A stretch of 55,571 bases of DNA from Thermoplasmatota archaeon (GTDB lineage: Archaea > Thermoplasmatota > E2 > DHVEG-1): the NCBI GenBank assembly GCA_029762575.1, contig JARVGL010000003.1, positions 1 to 55,571 of the forward strand. The letters are read 5' to 3'. The first letter of the stretch is position 1; each line of letters begins with the position of its first letter. Position numbers and translations under genes: made by a program. The notes below the pieces were generated by a model. That model did not search any database. It was not told the origin of the DNA and saw only the letters and a list, made by a program, of their open reading frames with translations. This document shows positions 40,602-50,510 of the stretch, in pieces.

Positions 40602-42062
40602 ATGTTAAATAAGGTTCTGATTGCAAACCGAGGGGAGATAGCCGTCCGGATCATGAGGGCCTGCAAGGAATTAGGCATACAGACGGTTGCAGTATACTCT
40701 GATGCGGATAAGAACGCATTGTTTGTCAAATATGCGGACGAGAAATATAACATCGGTCCGGGTCCTGCAAGTCAAAGCTATCTAAAAAAAGAGGCAATTA
40801 TCGATGTTGCATTGAAAACCGGTACGCAGGGCATACATCCAGGCTACGGGTTCATGGCAGAGAATGCGGATTTTGCAGAGATGTGTCATAAGAATGGTAT
40901 CGAGTTCATCGGTCCCCCAGTTTCTGCTATGAGACTGATGTGTTCAAAGATCGATTCAAAGAAATCAATGATACAAGCCGGTGTCCATGTTGTACCAGGG
41001 GTGACTGAGGCTATCAGTGATCATGAACGAGCAAAGGATATCGCATGCGAAATTGGTTTTCCTGTCATGCTCAAAGCATCTGCTGGCGGTGGCGGTATTG
41101 GTATTAGAAAGGTCGATGATGAGAAAGAGATGGAGAAAGCATTAGCTAGTGTACGTCAACTCGCTAAGAACAGTTTTGGTGATGACTCCGTGTTCATTGA
41201 GAAGTTCATCGATGACCCACGACATATCGAATACCAGATTATTGGTGATAAAAAAGGCCATATCATTCATTGTTATGAACGTGAATGTAGTGTCCAACGT
41301 CGTCATCAGAAGCTCATCGAAGAGACCCCGTCCTGTGCGTTGACCCCAGATCTTCGTGAAGAGATTGGGAAACAGGCGGTGCTTGCTGCAAAGACCGCAG
41401 GATACTATAATGCAGGAACCTGCGAGTTCATGTTTAAGGATGGTAAATATTTTTTCCTTGAGATGAACACACGTTTACAGGTTGAACATCCTATAACAGA
41501 GGCTATCACTGGTGTGGATCTTGCAAGAGAACAGTTACGGGTAGCCTCAGGTCTTGATCTGGAATATGGACAATCGGATATCAAACCCCGTGGTCATTCC
41601 ATTGAATGCCGTATCAATGCAGAGGACCCTCTTAATAACTTCATGCCAGCGCCTAGTAAGATAGTTCGATATGCTGAACCAAGCGGGCCAGGTATCCGAG
41701 TTGATACAGGCGTATATCAAGGCTTTACTATTCCTCCGTTCTATGATTCTATGATAGCAAAACTTATCATATGGGCAGAAGACAGACCACGTGCCATCGC
41801 AAGGACAAAAAGAGCGCTCTGGGAGTTTCAGATCGGTGGTGTTCGACATAATATCCCATTCCATGAGATCGTCATGGATGACCCTCAATGGATCAAAGGC
41901 AACTATAATACGAGTTTCATCCCCCGATATAAGATCCTTGATAGGGTTGTTGAGTATGTAAAAGCCAAGAAAACCCAATCATCATCTCCTAAGGTAGCTG
42001 CGGCTATGGCTGCAGTTCAAGCAGTCAATGCTTCATTTATAAGTTCACAAAAGAAAAAATAG
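40602..42062 (+). CDS. pycA: Pyruvate carboxylase subunit A (biotin carboxylase)
   Basis: ANRGEIA, HPGYGF, GGGGIG, RECSVQRRHQK, EMNTRLQVEH, ECRINAEDP, YDSMIAK. Confidence 0.92.
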   Translation: MLNKVLIANRGEIAVRIMRACKELGIQTVAVYSDADKNALFVKYADEKYNIGPGPASQSYLKKEAIIDVALKTGTQGIHPGYGFMAENADFAEMCHKNGIEFIGPPVSAMRLMCSKIDSKKSMIQAGVHVVPGVTEAISDHERAKDIACEIGFPVMLKASAGGGGIGIRKVDDEKEMEKALASVRQLAKNSFGDDSVFIEKFIDDPRHIEYQIIGDKKGHIIHCYERECSVQRRHQKLIEETPSCALTPDLREEIGKQAVLAAKTAGYYNAGTCEFMFKDGKYFFLEMNTRLQVEHPITEAITGVDLAREQLRVASGLDLEYGQSDIKPRGHSIECRINAEDPLNNFMPAPSKIVRYAEPSGPGIRVDTGVYQGFTIPPFYDSMIAKLIIWAEDRPRAIARTKRALWEFQIGGVRHNIPFHEIVMDDPQWIKGNYNTSFIPRYKILDRVVEYVKAKKTQSSSPKVAAAMAAVQAVNASFISSQKKK

Positions 42063-42138
42063 TCAACCGATACCCCTACGTTACCCTTCTTCAATTTTCT
42101 CTACGATTTGAAGATATGACCAATGGAAAAAAGGTCCG

Positions 42139-42696
42139 TTATCTTCTTAAAAGATCAAGTGAGGTAAGTTCATCAGTGAGTTTTTGTATGGCAAGGGATA
42201 CATCTTCAGTCTTTCGTGCACCGGTACAAACGAGCTTACCTGACCCAAAGAGAAGCATAGCAACCTTTGGTTCATCGATACGATAGACAAGACCAGGGAA
42301 TTGCTCTGGTTCATATTCCACGTTTTCAAGACCAAGACCTATTGCAACCTCGTTGAGATTCAGTTCAGATCCAAGATCTGAGATGGCAACGATGTTTTGG
42401 ATAACGATTTTCAACTCATTATTTTCATAGACCTCTATACCTAGTTTTCGTAATTTGTCTGCGATGATATCAATGGTCTTTCGAACGTTATCAACATTTT
42501 TTGCTCCAGTACAATTCGCTTTTCCACTCCTGAAAAGTAATGTGGCGGTTTTTGGATCTTCCAGTCTATAGACAAGGCCAGGGAATTGCTCTGGTTCGTA
42601 TTCAGCTTCTTCAAGTGCTTGCGCGATTGCATCTAGATCCAGTTTCTCTGCAAATGAGGTTGATGCGACAATATTCTCAACGATTACTTCAGGCAT
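42139..42696 (-). CDS. tbp: TATA-box-binding protein (canonical)
   Basis: Two repeats each with NIVA, EYEPEQFPGLVYR, LLFxSGK, CTGA. Confidence 0.98.
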   Translation of the reverse strand: MPEVIVENIVASTSFAEKLDLDAIAQALEEAEYEPEQFPGLVYRLEDPKTATLLFRSGKANCTGAKNVDNVRKTIDIIADKLRKLGIEVYENNELKIVIQNIVAISDLGSELNLNEVAIGLGLENVEYEPEQFPGLVYRIDEPKVAMLLFGSGKLVCTGARKTEDVSLAIQKLTDELTSLDLLRR

Positions 42697-43255
42697 GTTT
42701 CCCCTCCGTGTTTTCTAGGATCCCCTTCAATGTAAGAGTATGTTTCACAGAGTTCAATGCTGCTTTTATCTCTTCAAGGGTTGTGTGTCCCGTTAGGATT
42801 AGTTTTCCCGAGGGAAAGAATAGTATTACGAGATGTTCCGACGGATGGTATTCAAGCCAGGGTGATTGGTTCGGTTGATATGATACTAGTTCAATGGGCA
42901 ACGCTTCATTGACCCTTGAAAGCTTAAGGGATTGTCCCACATCATAGGATGCGGTAATGGTATGTATCTTAACTGGGCATGTATCTTGGATTCCGATACC
43001 TGTTTTTTTAACCATATCCATAACATTGTTCAAAGTCTCATTTGCAACATCAAAAGAGGGAGATCCTGTACAAAAAAACTGACCATCAGAAAGAATGAAC
43101 ACCGCACGTTTAGGGTCAGAAAAACGGATAACACAGACAGGTTGATCAATCGGATTGTACGTTATATCTGGGAACGATCCAACCAACGCATCAAGCGGGA
43201 TTTGTTGATGGATATGTGCTACAGCAATGACGTTCTCGATAAGAAGTTCTGTCAT
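42689..43255 (-). CDS. Divergent TBP paralogue
   Basis: Colinear with tbp: IENVIA, YNPIDQP, RFSDPK, CTG; second repeat YQPNQSP, FFPSGKLILTG; TTTATATA box and AGGAGG upstream. Confidence 0.85.
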   Translation of the reverse strand: MTELLIENVIAVAHIHQQIPLDALVGSFPDITYNPIDQPVCVIRFSDPKRAVFILSDGQFFCTGSPSFDVANETLNNVMDMVKKTGIGIQDTCPVKIHTITASYDVGQSLKLSRVNEALPIELVSYQPNQSPWLEYHPSEHLVILFFPSGKLILTGHTTLEEIKAALNSVKHTLTLKGILENTEGKHA

Positions 43256-43336
43256 ACAAATACCAGCCTTCCCTCCTTAAAGTATATAAAGGATATTTAA
43301 AAGGATTTCGTTACTTGTAGGCACGCTTCTAGGTTC

Positions 43337-44032
43337 TTACCAGATGCGATCGATATCAAGATCTTGTTTCTTCTGTTGGCTTTGTTGAGCTTTTTCTTTG
43401 TTCATCTCATCAAGTAACGCCCTGAACTCATCGGTACGATATTCAATGCGTTGTTCACAACTTGCCACCGCTAGTTCTCCCCTTGTCTTTTCTATAAGAC
43501 TGCGGGTGATATCTTGCTTTCTTTTAATAGGGATAAGAGATGCAGGATAATCGAATCGAAGTATCGCATCATAGATTGCTTCCATGTTGATTAGGTAGCT
43601 ATATGCTTCCTTTGCTTCCCCATTGAGAACGGAATCAATTGCCTTTCGTCTCAGCTCGCCTACGACATCACATAGACCTTCCAAATAAGACGTATAGGAG
43701 GTATGGAGTTCATCAGGGTCGGGGAGGTCCTTTTCTAGCAAGATATTCAGTAGACAATTCGCTTCAACGAATTCTTGAGATGCATTCTCGACAAACCCCG
43801 CATTTGATAGATCCGGATAGTTCTTTGTTTCATCAGAGAGATCGCTAAGTACTTTAGAAGCTTGGGTTATGAGTTCCTCAGACTCTTTGAAATGTCCTTG
43901 GTGGAGGTGTTGAATCGATTTTCGACAAAAGATGATGATGGTTCTGGAATATCGAAGAGCAATCTCACGTACCTTTTCTTTATCATCAATATTTTTTTCA
44001 ATCTTAGTAATGATCTCTTCTAGATTCTTCAT
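43337..44032 (-). CDS. Translin/TRAX (C3PO-like) family protein
   Basis: All-helical; REIALRYSR, QEFVEA, YLEGLCDVVGELRR, KRKQD. Confidence 0.85.
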   Translation of the reverse strand: MKNLEEIITKIEKNIDDKEKVREIALRYSRTIIIFCRKSIQHLHQGHFKESEELITQASKVLSDLSDETKNYPDLSNAGFVENASQEFVEANCLLNILLEKDLPDPDELHTSYTSYLEGLCDVVGELRRKAIDSVLNGEAKEAYSYLINMEAIYDAILRFDYPASLIPIKRKQDITRSLIEKTRGELAVASCEQRIEYRTDEFRALLDEMNKEKAQQSQQKKQDLDIDRIW

Positions 44033-44063
44033 TGCGCACCTAACAGATTTACTTCTCTAATCT

Positions 44064-45020
44064 CTACACCATCATGGATTTGTTCACCCAGTGATCCGGT
44101 GTTTCACCTTTAAGGGCTTTATCGACCTGCTCAGCGCAAATCGTACCCGCTCGTATCTGCCCTTCTTTAGTGTTTGCTCCAATATGTGGGGTTAATACGA
44201 TATTTGGAAGATGGAGTAGATCCGTGTCCCCGGGTGGTTCCTTTTCAAAGACATCAAGAGCGGCTCCAGCTATCTTTTTTTCTTTCACCGCGTGATAGAG
44301 TGCGTGCTCATCCACGGTTCCACCACGAGCACAATTTATAAGAAACGCGGTTGGTTTCATTAATGAGAACATCTCCTCGTTCATGATATGATGGGTCTTT
44401 TCGATGTGTGGGATATGCATCGAAATAACATCAGATTGTCTTACAAGGCTTTCCAGTTCATCTACCTTTTTGATATTGTCTTTCTCCATATCTTCTTTTG
44501 AGATATATGGATCGTATCCAATGACTCTCATGCTGAACGCTTGGGCAAAACATGCGGTCTGCCGTCCAATGTTGCCACAGCCAATAAGGCCAAGGGTCTT
44601 TCCATGAAGTTCTGTACCCTTCAACTTTTTCTTTGCCCATTCCCCTTTTTTCATCGTTGCATCAGCGACAGTGAGATATCGTGAAAGAGAGAGCATATGG
44701 CCAATCGCGAGTTCAGCAACACTTACTGTTGCGCCTGTTGGAGCATTGACGACCTTTATACCAAGGGATGCAGCTGTTTTGATATCGATATTGTCAACTC
44801 CGATACCCGCTCTACCGATTACCTTAAGCGATCCTTTTGCCCCTGCTTCAACGATCTCTTTTGTTGCCTTGGTCCTACTTCTAACCATAAGCGCATCATA
44901 GTGTGAAATCTCTTTTAGAAGTGTTTCAGCATCCATCTCTTGATATGTTATCGCATGACCTGCATCTTCCAATACTTTGACTGCTTCATCAGCCATTTTA
45001 TCGGTAATAAGTGTCTTCAT
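44064..45020 (-). CDS. serA: D-3-phosphoglycerate / D-2-hydroxyacid dehydrogenase (SerA-like, no ACT domain)
   Basis: VRSRT, GRAGIGVDNID, SVAEL, GCGNIG, NCARGG, ALDVF, TPHIGANT; ATG 45020 after GGGGG. Confidence 0.8.
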   Translation of the reverse strand: MKTLITDKMADEAVKVLEDAGHAITYQEMDAETLLKEISHYDALMVRSRTKATKEIVEAGAKGSLKVIGRAGIGVDNIDIKTAASLGIKVVNAPTGATVSVAELAIGHMLSLSRYLTVADATMKKGEWAKKKLKGTELHGKTLGLIGCGNIGRQTACFAQAFSMRVIGYDPYISKEDMEKDNIKKVDELESLVRQSDVISMHIPHIEKTHHIMNEEMFSLMKPTAFLINCARGGTVDEHALYHAVKEKKIAGAALDVFEKEPPGDTDLLHLPNIVLTPHIGANTKEGQIRAGTICAEQVDKALKGETPDHWVNKSMMV

Positions 45021-45064
45021 CGAGGTAACCCCCAGCAAGAGTATCCCTCATCGTGTAATAAAAG

Positions 45065-46354
45065 TTATGCCAGATGATCAACACGAAAATCAATACCGGG
45101 GTATTCTGCCTCTTCTCCGAGTTCTTCTTCAATACGTAACAATTGATTGTATTTTGCATTACGATCACTTCTGGCAGGGGCACCTGTTTTTATTTGTCCA
45201 GCACTGGTTCCCACGACCAGATCTGCGATAAATGTATCCTCTGTTTCCCCGCTTCGATGACTCACCACAGCCGTCCATCCTGCATCATGAGCCATTTTGA
45301 TTGCATCAAGTGTCTCAGTGAGAGTACCAATCTGATTCAGTTTTATTAGAACGGAGTTAGCAGCTTGGATTTCGATCCCTTTTTTTATTCTCGCTGTATT
45401 TGTTACGAAGAGGTCATCCCCAACGATTTGTATCTTCGTTCCAAGTTTTTTGGTTATTTCGACCCATGAGTCCCAATCATCCTCAGCGAGACCATCTTCG
45501 ATGCTAATGATCGGATATGTTTTACATAAGTCGACATAGAAATCGACGAGTTCGCCACCGGAGAACGATTTCTTTCCTATCTTATATGTTCCATCGTAGA
45601 AGAACTCGCTTGATGCAGGATCTAACGCTATCTTCATCTTACCGTCGTATCCTGCATTATCGACAGCTTTGAGCATGATATCGAATCGATCAGTAACAGA
45701 GGTTATTTCTTGAGGGGCAAATCCTCCTTCATCTCCGATAAGGATTGATGCTGCACCATATGTTTCTTTAAGGATTTTTGATAGATGATGATATGATTCG
45801 GAGATCATACGTATCCCCTCATGAAAAGTCTTAGCACCTGTAGGCATGAGCATATGTTCTTGGATGCTGTTCTCCTGTCCAGCGTGTTTCCCCCCATTAA
45901 TCACATTACACATAGGGACTGGTATCACTTGTGGTAGAACGCCAAATAATTCAGCAATATACCCATATAAAGGTAATTCCTTAGCAGCAGCACCCGCCTT
46001 TGCAATTGCCATAGAAACAGGTAATATTGAGTTTGCGCCAAGTTTTTCCTTGTTCTCGGTACCATCAAGTTTCATCATGACATTGTCCAATGTCTCTTGA
46101 TATTTACAATCCATACCTATGATCTTAGGGGCGATAACCTGATTTACATGTTTCACAGCATTCAAGGTTCCTTTCCCTAGATATCTTTTTTTATCATTAT
46201 CTCTTAACTCAATTGCTTCATGTTGACCAGCACTTGCACCACTAGGTGTCATCGCTCGAAATAAACCATCTTTTGTTATGACATCAACCTCTACGGTTGG
46301 ATTGCCACGGGAGTCAAGAACCTCACGTGCTTTCAATTGTAAGATTTCGGTCAT
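45065..46354 (-). CDS. eno: Enolase
   Basis: DSRGNPTVEV, PSGAS, NGGKHA, GDEGGF, VGDDLFVTN, SHRSGETED, QIKTG. Confidence 0.98.
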   Translation of the reverse strand: MTEILQLKAREVLDSRGNPTVEVDVITKDGLFRAMTPSGASAGQHEAIELRDNDKKRYLGKGTLNAVKHVNQVIAPKIIGMDCKYQETLDNVMMKLDGTENKEKLGANSILPVSMAIAKAGAAAKELPLYGYIAELFGVLPQVIPVPMCNVINGGKHAGQENSIQEHMLMPTGAKTFHEGIRMISESYHHLSKILKETYGAASILIGDEGGFAPQEITSVTDRFDIMLKAVDNAGYDGKMKIALDPASSEFFYDGTYKIGKKSFSGGELVDFYVDLCKTYPIISIEDGLAEDDWDSWVEITKKLGTKIQIVGDDLFVTNTARIKKGIEIQAANSVLIKLNQIGTLTETLDAIKMAHDAGWTAVVSHRSGETEDTFIADLVVGTSAGQIKTGAPARSDRNAKYNQLLRIEEELGEEAEYPGIDFRVDHLA

Positions 46355-46498
46355 AATCTTCTTTTCCCCATCTATACTGACTTTTTCAGAGTATGTGTTC
46401 TTTTCTAATAAAATTGTCTATTTTACCATTTAGTAGGAAAAGAAGAGAATATGTGTAGATAATGACTGAATAGGGTGGTACAGCTGGTATGATATAGG

Positions 46499-49400
46499 TT
46501 ATACATCAACGAGGAACGGCTCTTGTAGGGGGCTATAATCAAATTTGAGTTGAGAACGGATATTCTGAGTGTTGTCATGAACACCATTTATCAATTTTGG
46601 CAGAGGGATACGAGTGTTGAACCTTAGCCCGATCCAATCATCCCAGTAATTAGAAGTGAATTTTGTTTGTTTTATCTCTGAGAATTGACACTGTTGTGTG
46701 TTCGCTAGGAAATTATTTAATGTGACATCTCCTTGTTTTACATCATTAAAGAAAAGACCAACTCGGTTATTCTCTATAGTGTTTCCAAGTATGTTTACCT
46801 GTTTTGTTTCCAGTAGATATATGCCGTAATTGTTGCTTGATAGGGAATTGAGAGATACGTCTATTCCACTGGTACCACTTTTGGAATAGATGCCAAAATT
46901 ATTGTATACTATATCGTTTTGCAGTATGTTGATGAGCGGGTTCAATATTTTATGGGGGGCATTGATGTAGATGCCGCAATTCTTGTGATCTCTAATAATG
47001 TTATGTTCAATGATGATTGGTTTTGGTCTTACGGTCCTTTTTGGTTGGATACTGATACCTGCATTCCACGGGTCTTTCCCACAATGTTGAATAGTGAACC
47101 TAGATATGGTAACATCATCAGAAATGATCGATAGAACATCATCGTTTCCACCTCCATCTATGATCGTTCTTTCCTTGTTTTCACCAAGAAGGATGCAAGG
47201 TGTTTCTATGGTGATGGATTCAAGGTAGGTTCCCTCAAAAACGTAGATGGTATCCGAGGATGTGGAATGATCGAGAGCATCTTGGATAGAGTTCCAACGA
47301 GTTATACCAAATCCGGTTGTTTCACTAGTGTAATCATCATCTACTGGTCGTGCGGCCGTATAATATAACCAGTCCTCTTTACCATCCAGTGATTCTGATC
47401 TAAGAAGCATAAGTGGTCCAGCTGAGGGAGTGAACTGTATCGTTGCATTCCCGTCATGGGTTGCATGTGTTGATAGAGTGACTTCTACATTTCTATATTC
47501 TCCGGTTTCGACCTGTTTGACATTGATGAATGGAGAATCTGTAACACTTTCGTATCTAGTTTGTTCATCAATAGCATGAAGACCGATTGATCCATTATAT
47601 TCCATGCTCACTGATTCGTAAGGGATCATACCAACTGGTTGAATGGAGGATGTCTCAGGTTGCCGATATGAGACTTGTTGAAACAAGCGTTCTGGTAATA
47701 CTAAGGCAGGATCACCAAGGAGAATAAAACCAAAATAATGATACTGGTTCCAAAAATCGGTCATATCGTTATCCTTTAGATATGTTTCTGCTGCAAACAT
47801 TGTAAGATCCCCTAGATGGCGCACGTTGTTTTTGTATGCTTGGTTGACATACGTCAAAAGACCCGCCATGTATGTTTCCTTTGAGATTTCCACGCGTCCA
47901 TTCACTATGGTCAATACGGGGTATCCCATATTGGTTCGAGATCCACCGATATAGGCGATCCCTCCACCTTTTGAGACAACGACTCCTTCACCAAATGATG
48001 TACGGTCAAAAGAATATCCTTGTCTGATGATATGGGTATCATATGATCCACTACTGCACGCAATACAGCTTACGATCGGTGCTTTGGTGTTCTTAGGCAG
48101 GTTCCCAAGAGTTCTAGCTGATATCCTCCCGTCCTCGACAGCGACAAGATTCGCGTTACCATGGCAGATCATATACAAGAGGCCATAGTTATTTTGTAAT
48201 GCTGAGAGGATATCTGTATCGCCAAACCGTTCATCGGTCCTATAATACTTATCCACCTGTAATCCATCAAAGAATCCTTGGTTCACTGAATCTATGGTGA
48301 TAAGCTCACCAATGAAAAAAGGTGAGTTAAATGGGATCCCACCGGCTATTGCAACATTATCCATTTGATAGGTTTCAGGATCCCATTGGATAATCTTGTC
48401 CACGGTTCTTTTCGCTTCTAGGATACTATCTACGGGAAGCCTCCCAACACGATAATTCTGGATTAGATCAAGATCTGGTGACGCATAGAAGAAATCTGTT
48501 GGTACCGGATAGTAACTATATCCGAAATAATAACTTGGTGGGACGTGGATTGCATTTCCAAACAAGGTGACGAACTGAAGATGAGGATTAGTGGATTGGC
48601 TCTGTAAGAAGGAGATGATTTTTAGGGAAAGGTCCTCATCGTATTTTCGTATACGCTCCCGAAATGAAAAATCTTTATACCCCATAAATGGGGGATACGG
48701 TGCTTGATCATAGTTTTCCTTTATCCATGTTGTTGTAACAACACTTGATTGGATGCCTTGACTATTATGGAATTGCTGTAATCGTTGGGCTTGTTGAACA
48801 AATAAGGGGCGGGTAATGATGATGTTTTCAAAAGAATCCATATTCGTAGTTGAACAAGTATCATCATCTGATTCCATTGTATAAGAAACAGTAAGTGTTC
48901 CATTGGTAACTAGATATGTTTCCTTTGTATCAAAATGATGCTGGATAGGAAAAAGATACACAATAACAGTACAGTTCGTATTGTTTTTCCCTATTATATA
49001 TGAATGTGTTGAACCTGGATATATGTTCTCGTGTTTTGCCTCAAGGATTCGTTTTTGTACGATTTCATCAACATGGATATGTAAGGGTGTTTCATCGATA
49101 CTCCAGAACAGTGGTTTTGGGGTGAGCATAAATGAAACAGGTGTTAGACTTCTTTGTACAGAATAATTTTTGAGATCAATAGAGAGAACGGTACTGTTTT
49201 TCGGTAAGGAGATCAGGATTTGTCTCATTGGGACAAGTGGAAGCCCAGGTTGATTCAATAGAATCGAATCTGAAAGGGTGAGACCAAATCTATCATTACC
49301 GATTTCTTGGATTTGTATGTCTTCCGAAGAAATCAAAAATGAATGGTTTTTGAACAGGACTTGTTGAGCCTCTTTTTTCATTATCTCTGTTGAATCCTGA

Positions 49401-49576
49401 AGCACACTATCATTATTCTGAGATGGGTTTTGGATAATCATCTCCTGTTGATATATCTCATTACTTGGTTTGCTCTGTATCATTGTCTCTTCAGCGGGCA
49501 CGGTTAAAACGCTCGAAAGAATTGAAAGAAGAAAGAGAATCATTACAATGATGCCGATACGTTTCATACTACTCAA
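46499..49576 (-). CDS. C25 gingipain-family peptidase fused to C-terminal NosD/CASH-like beta-helix
   Basis: Signal, PGLPLVP, TDFFYA, VGRLP, His MICHG, Cys IACSS, GGGIAYIG, LLGDPAL; then SIQDALD, GTYLE, TIIDG, N-x-I repeats, NYWDDW. Confidence 0.88.
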   Translation of the reverse strand: MSSMKRIGIIVMILFLLSILSSVLTVPAEETMIQSKPSNEIYQQEMIIQNPSQNNDSVLQDSTEIMKKEAQQVLFKNHSFLISSEDIQIQEIGNDRFGLTLSDSILLNQPGLPLVPMRQILISLPKNSTVLSIDLKNYSVQRSLTPVSFMLTPKPLFWSIDETPLHIHVDEIVQKRILEAKHENIYPGSTHSYIIGKNNTNCTVIVYLFPIQHHFDTKETYLVTNGTLTVSYTMESDDDTCSTTNMDSFENIIITRPLFVQQAQRLQQFHNSQGIQSSVVTTTWIKENYDQAPYPPFMGYKDFSFRERIRKYDEDLSLKIISFLQSQSTNPHLQFVTLFGNAIHVPPSYYFGYSYYPVPTDFFYASPDLDLIQNYRVGRLPVDSILEAKRTVDKIIQWDPETYQMDNVAIAGGIPFNSPFFIGELITIDSVNQGFFDGLQVDKYYRTDERFGDTDILSALQNNYGLLYMICHGNANLVAVEDGRISARTLGNLPKNTKAPIVSCIACSSGSYDTHIIRQGYSFDRTSFGEGVVVSKGGGIAYIGGSRTNMGYPVLTIVNGRVEISKETYMAGLLTYVNQAYKNNVRHLGDLTMFAAETYLKDNDMTDFWNQYHYFGFILLGDPALVLPERLFQQVSYRQPETSSIQPVGMIPYESVSMEYNGSIGLHAIDEQTRYESVTDSPFINVKQVETGEYRNVEVTLSTHATHDGNATIQFTPSAGPLMLLRSESLDGKEDWLYYTAARPVDDDYTSETTGFGITRWNSIQDALDHSTSSDTIYVFEGTYLESITIETPCILLGENKERTIIDGGGNDDVLSIISDDVTISRFTIQHCGKDPWNAGISIQPKRTVRPKPIIIEHNIIRDHKNCGIYINAPHKILNPLINILQNDIVYNNFGIYSKSGTSGIDVSLNSLSSNNYGIYLLETKQVNILGNTIENNRVGLFFNDVKQGDVTLNNFLANTQQCQFSEIKQTKFTSNYWDDWIGLRFNTRIPLPKLINGVHDNTQNIRSQLKFDYSPLQEPFLVDV

Positions 49577-49748
49577 ATAAAATATATCACAATCATTCTA
49601 TATATACATAATTATCAGAAAGCTCTCTCTGTTTTTTCATAAAACGTATAATTTAACTATACAGATGTTAACAAGAAGAACCCATCGATGAAGGGTCTGT
49701 TGCAAACATTTAAAAGCGCCTCTTGTTTTGTATGTGCGAGGAAAGATC

Positions 49749-50510
49749 ATGGTAATATACATTCTCTTTGTAGTGCTGTTGTTTTTAATGATGATTTTAG
49801 CATCGTCTATTAAGATAATGGCGGAATATCAAAGGATAGTCATTTTTCGATTAGGTCGTTTACAAGGAATAAAAGGCCCTGGACTTGTTTTCATCATCCC
49901 TATCATTGATTCTATCATCAAACTTGATCTGAGAACCCGGGTCATCGATGTACCAAAACAACGGGTCATCACTGAAGATAATGTCACTGTTGATGTGGAT
50001 GCGGTTGTCTATTTCAGAGTGGTCGATCCTCAAAAGGCAATTGTTGAGGTTCAACGATATGAGATGGCAACAGGCCTTCAAGCTCAAACGACCCTAAGAG
50101 ATGTGTTGGGTCGTCAAAATCTCGATGAACTTTTATCAAACCGTGAAGAGTTGAATAAAAGCCTTCAGACTATCATTGATTCTGCGACAGATCCTTGGGG
50201 TGTTAAAGTCTCTGCAGTGACGATACGTGATGTGTCTATTCCTGATAGCATGCTACGAGCGTTGGCAAAACAAGCTGAGGCAGAACGAGAGAAACGTTCT
50301 CGAGTGATAATCGCAGAAGGTGAATTCCAAGCATCGAAAAGGATGACCGATGCTGCAAAACTATATGAGGCGACACCTATGGCTATGAGATTACGAGAAT
50401 TGCAAACACTCTCAGAGATATCCCGGGAAGGGAATGTGATCGTGGTACCTGGTAGTTCAATGGGCGACATGGTAGGTATTGCAAAGGCGGTTGCAAAGGA
50501 TAAGAAATGA
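49749..50510 (+). CDS. SPFH/stomatin (slipin) protein
   Basis: FRLGRL, GPGL, ITEDNVTVDVDAV, AQTTLR, PWGVKV, QAEAERE, LRELQTL. Confidence 0.93.
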   Translation: MVIYILFVVLLFLMMILASSIKIMAEYQRIVIFRLGRLQGIKGPGLVFIIPIIDSIIKLDLRTRVIDVPKQRVITEDNVTVDVDAVVYFRVVDPQKAIVEVQRYEMATGLQAQTTLRDVLGRQNLDELLSNREELNKSLQTIIDSATDPWGVKVSAVTIRDVSIPDSMLRALAKQAEAEREKRSRVIIAEGEFQASKRMTDAAKLYEATPMAMRLRELQTLSEISREGNVIVVPGSSMGDMVGIAKAVAKDKK

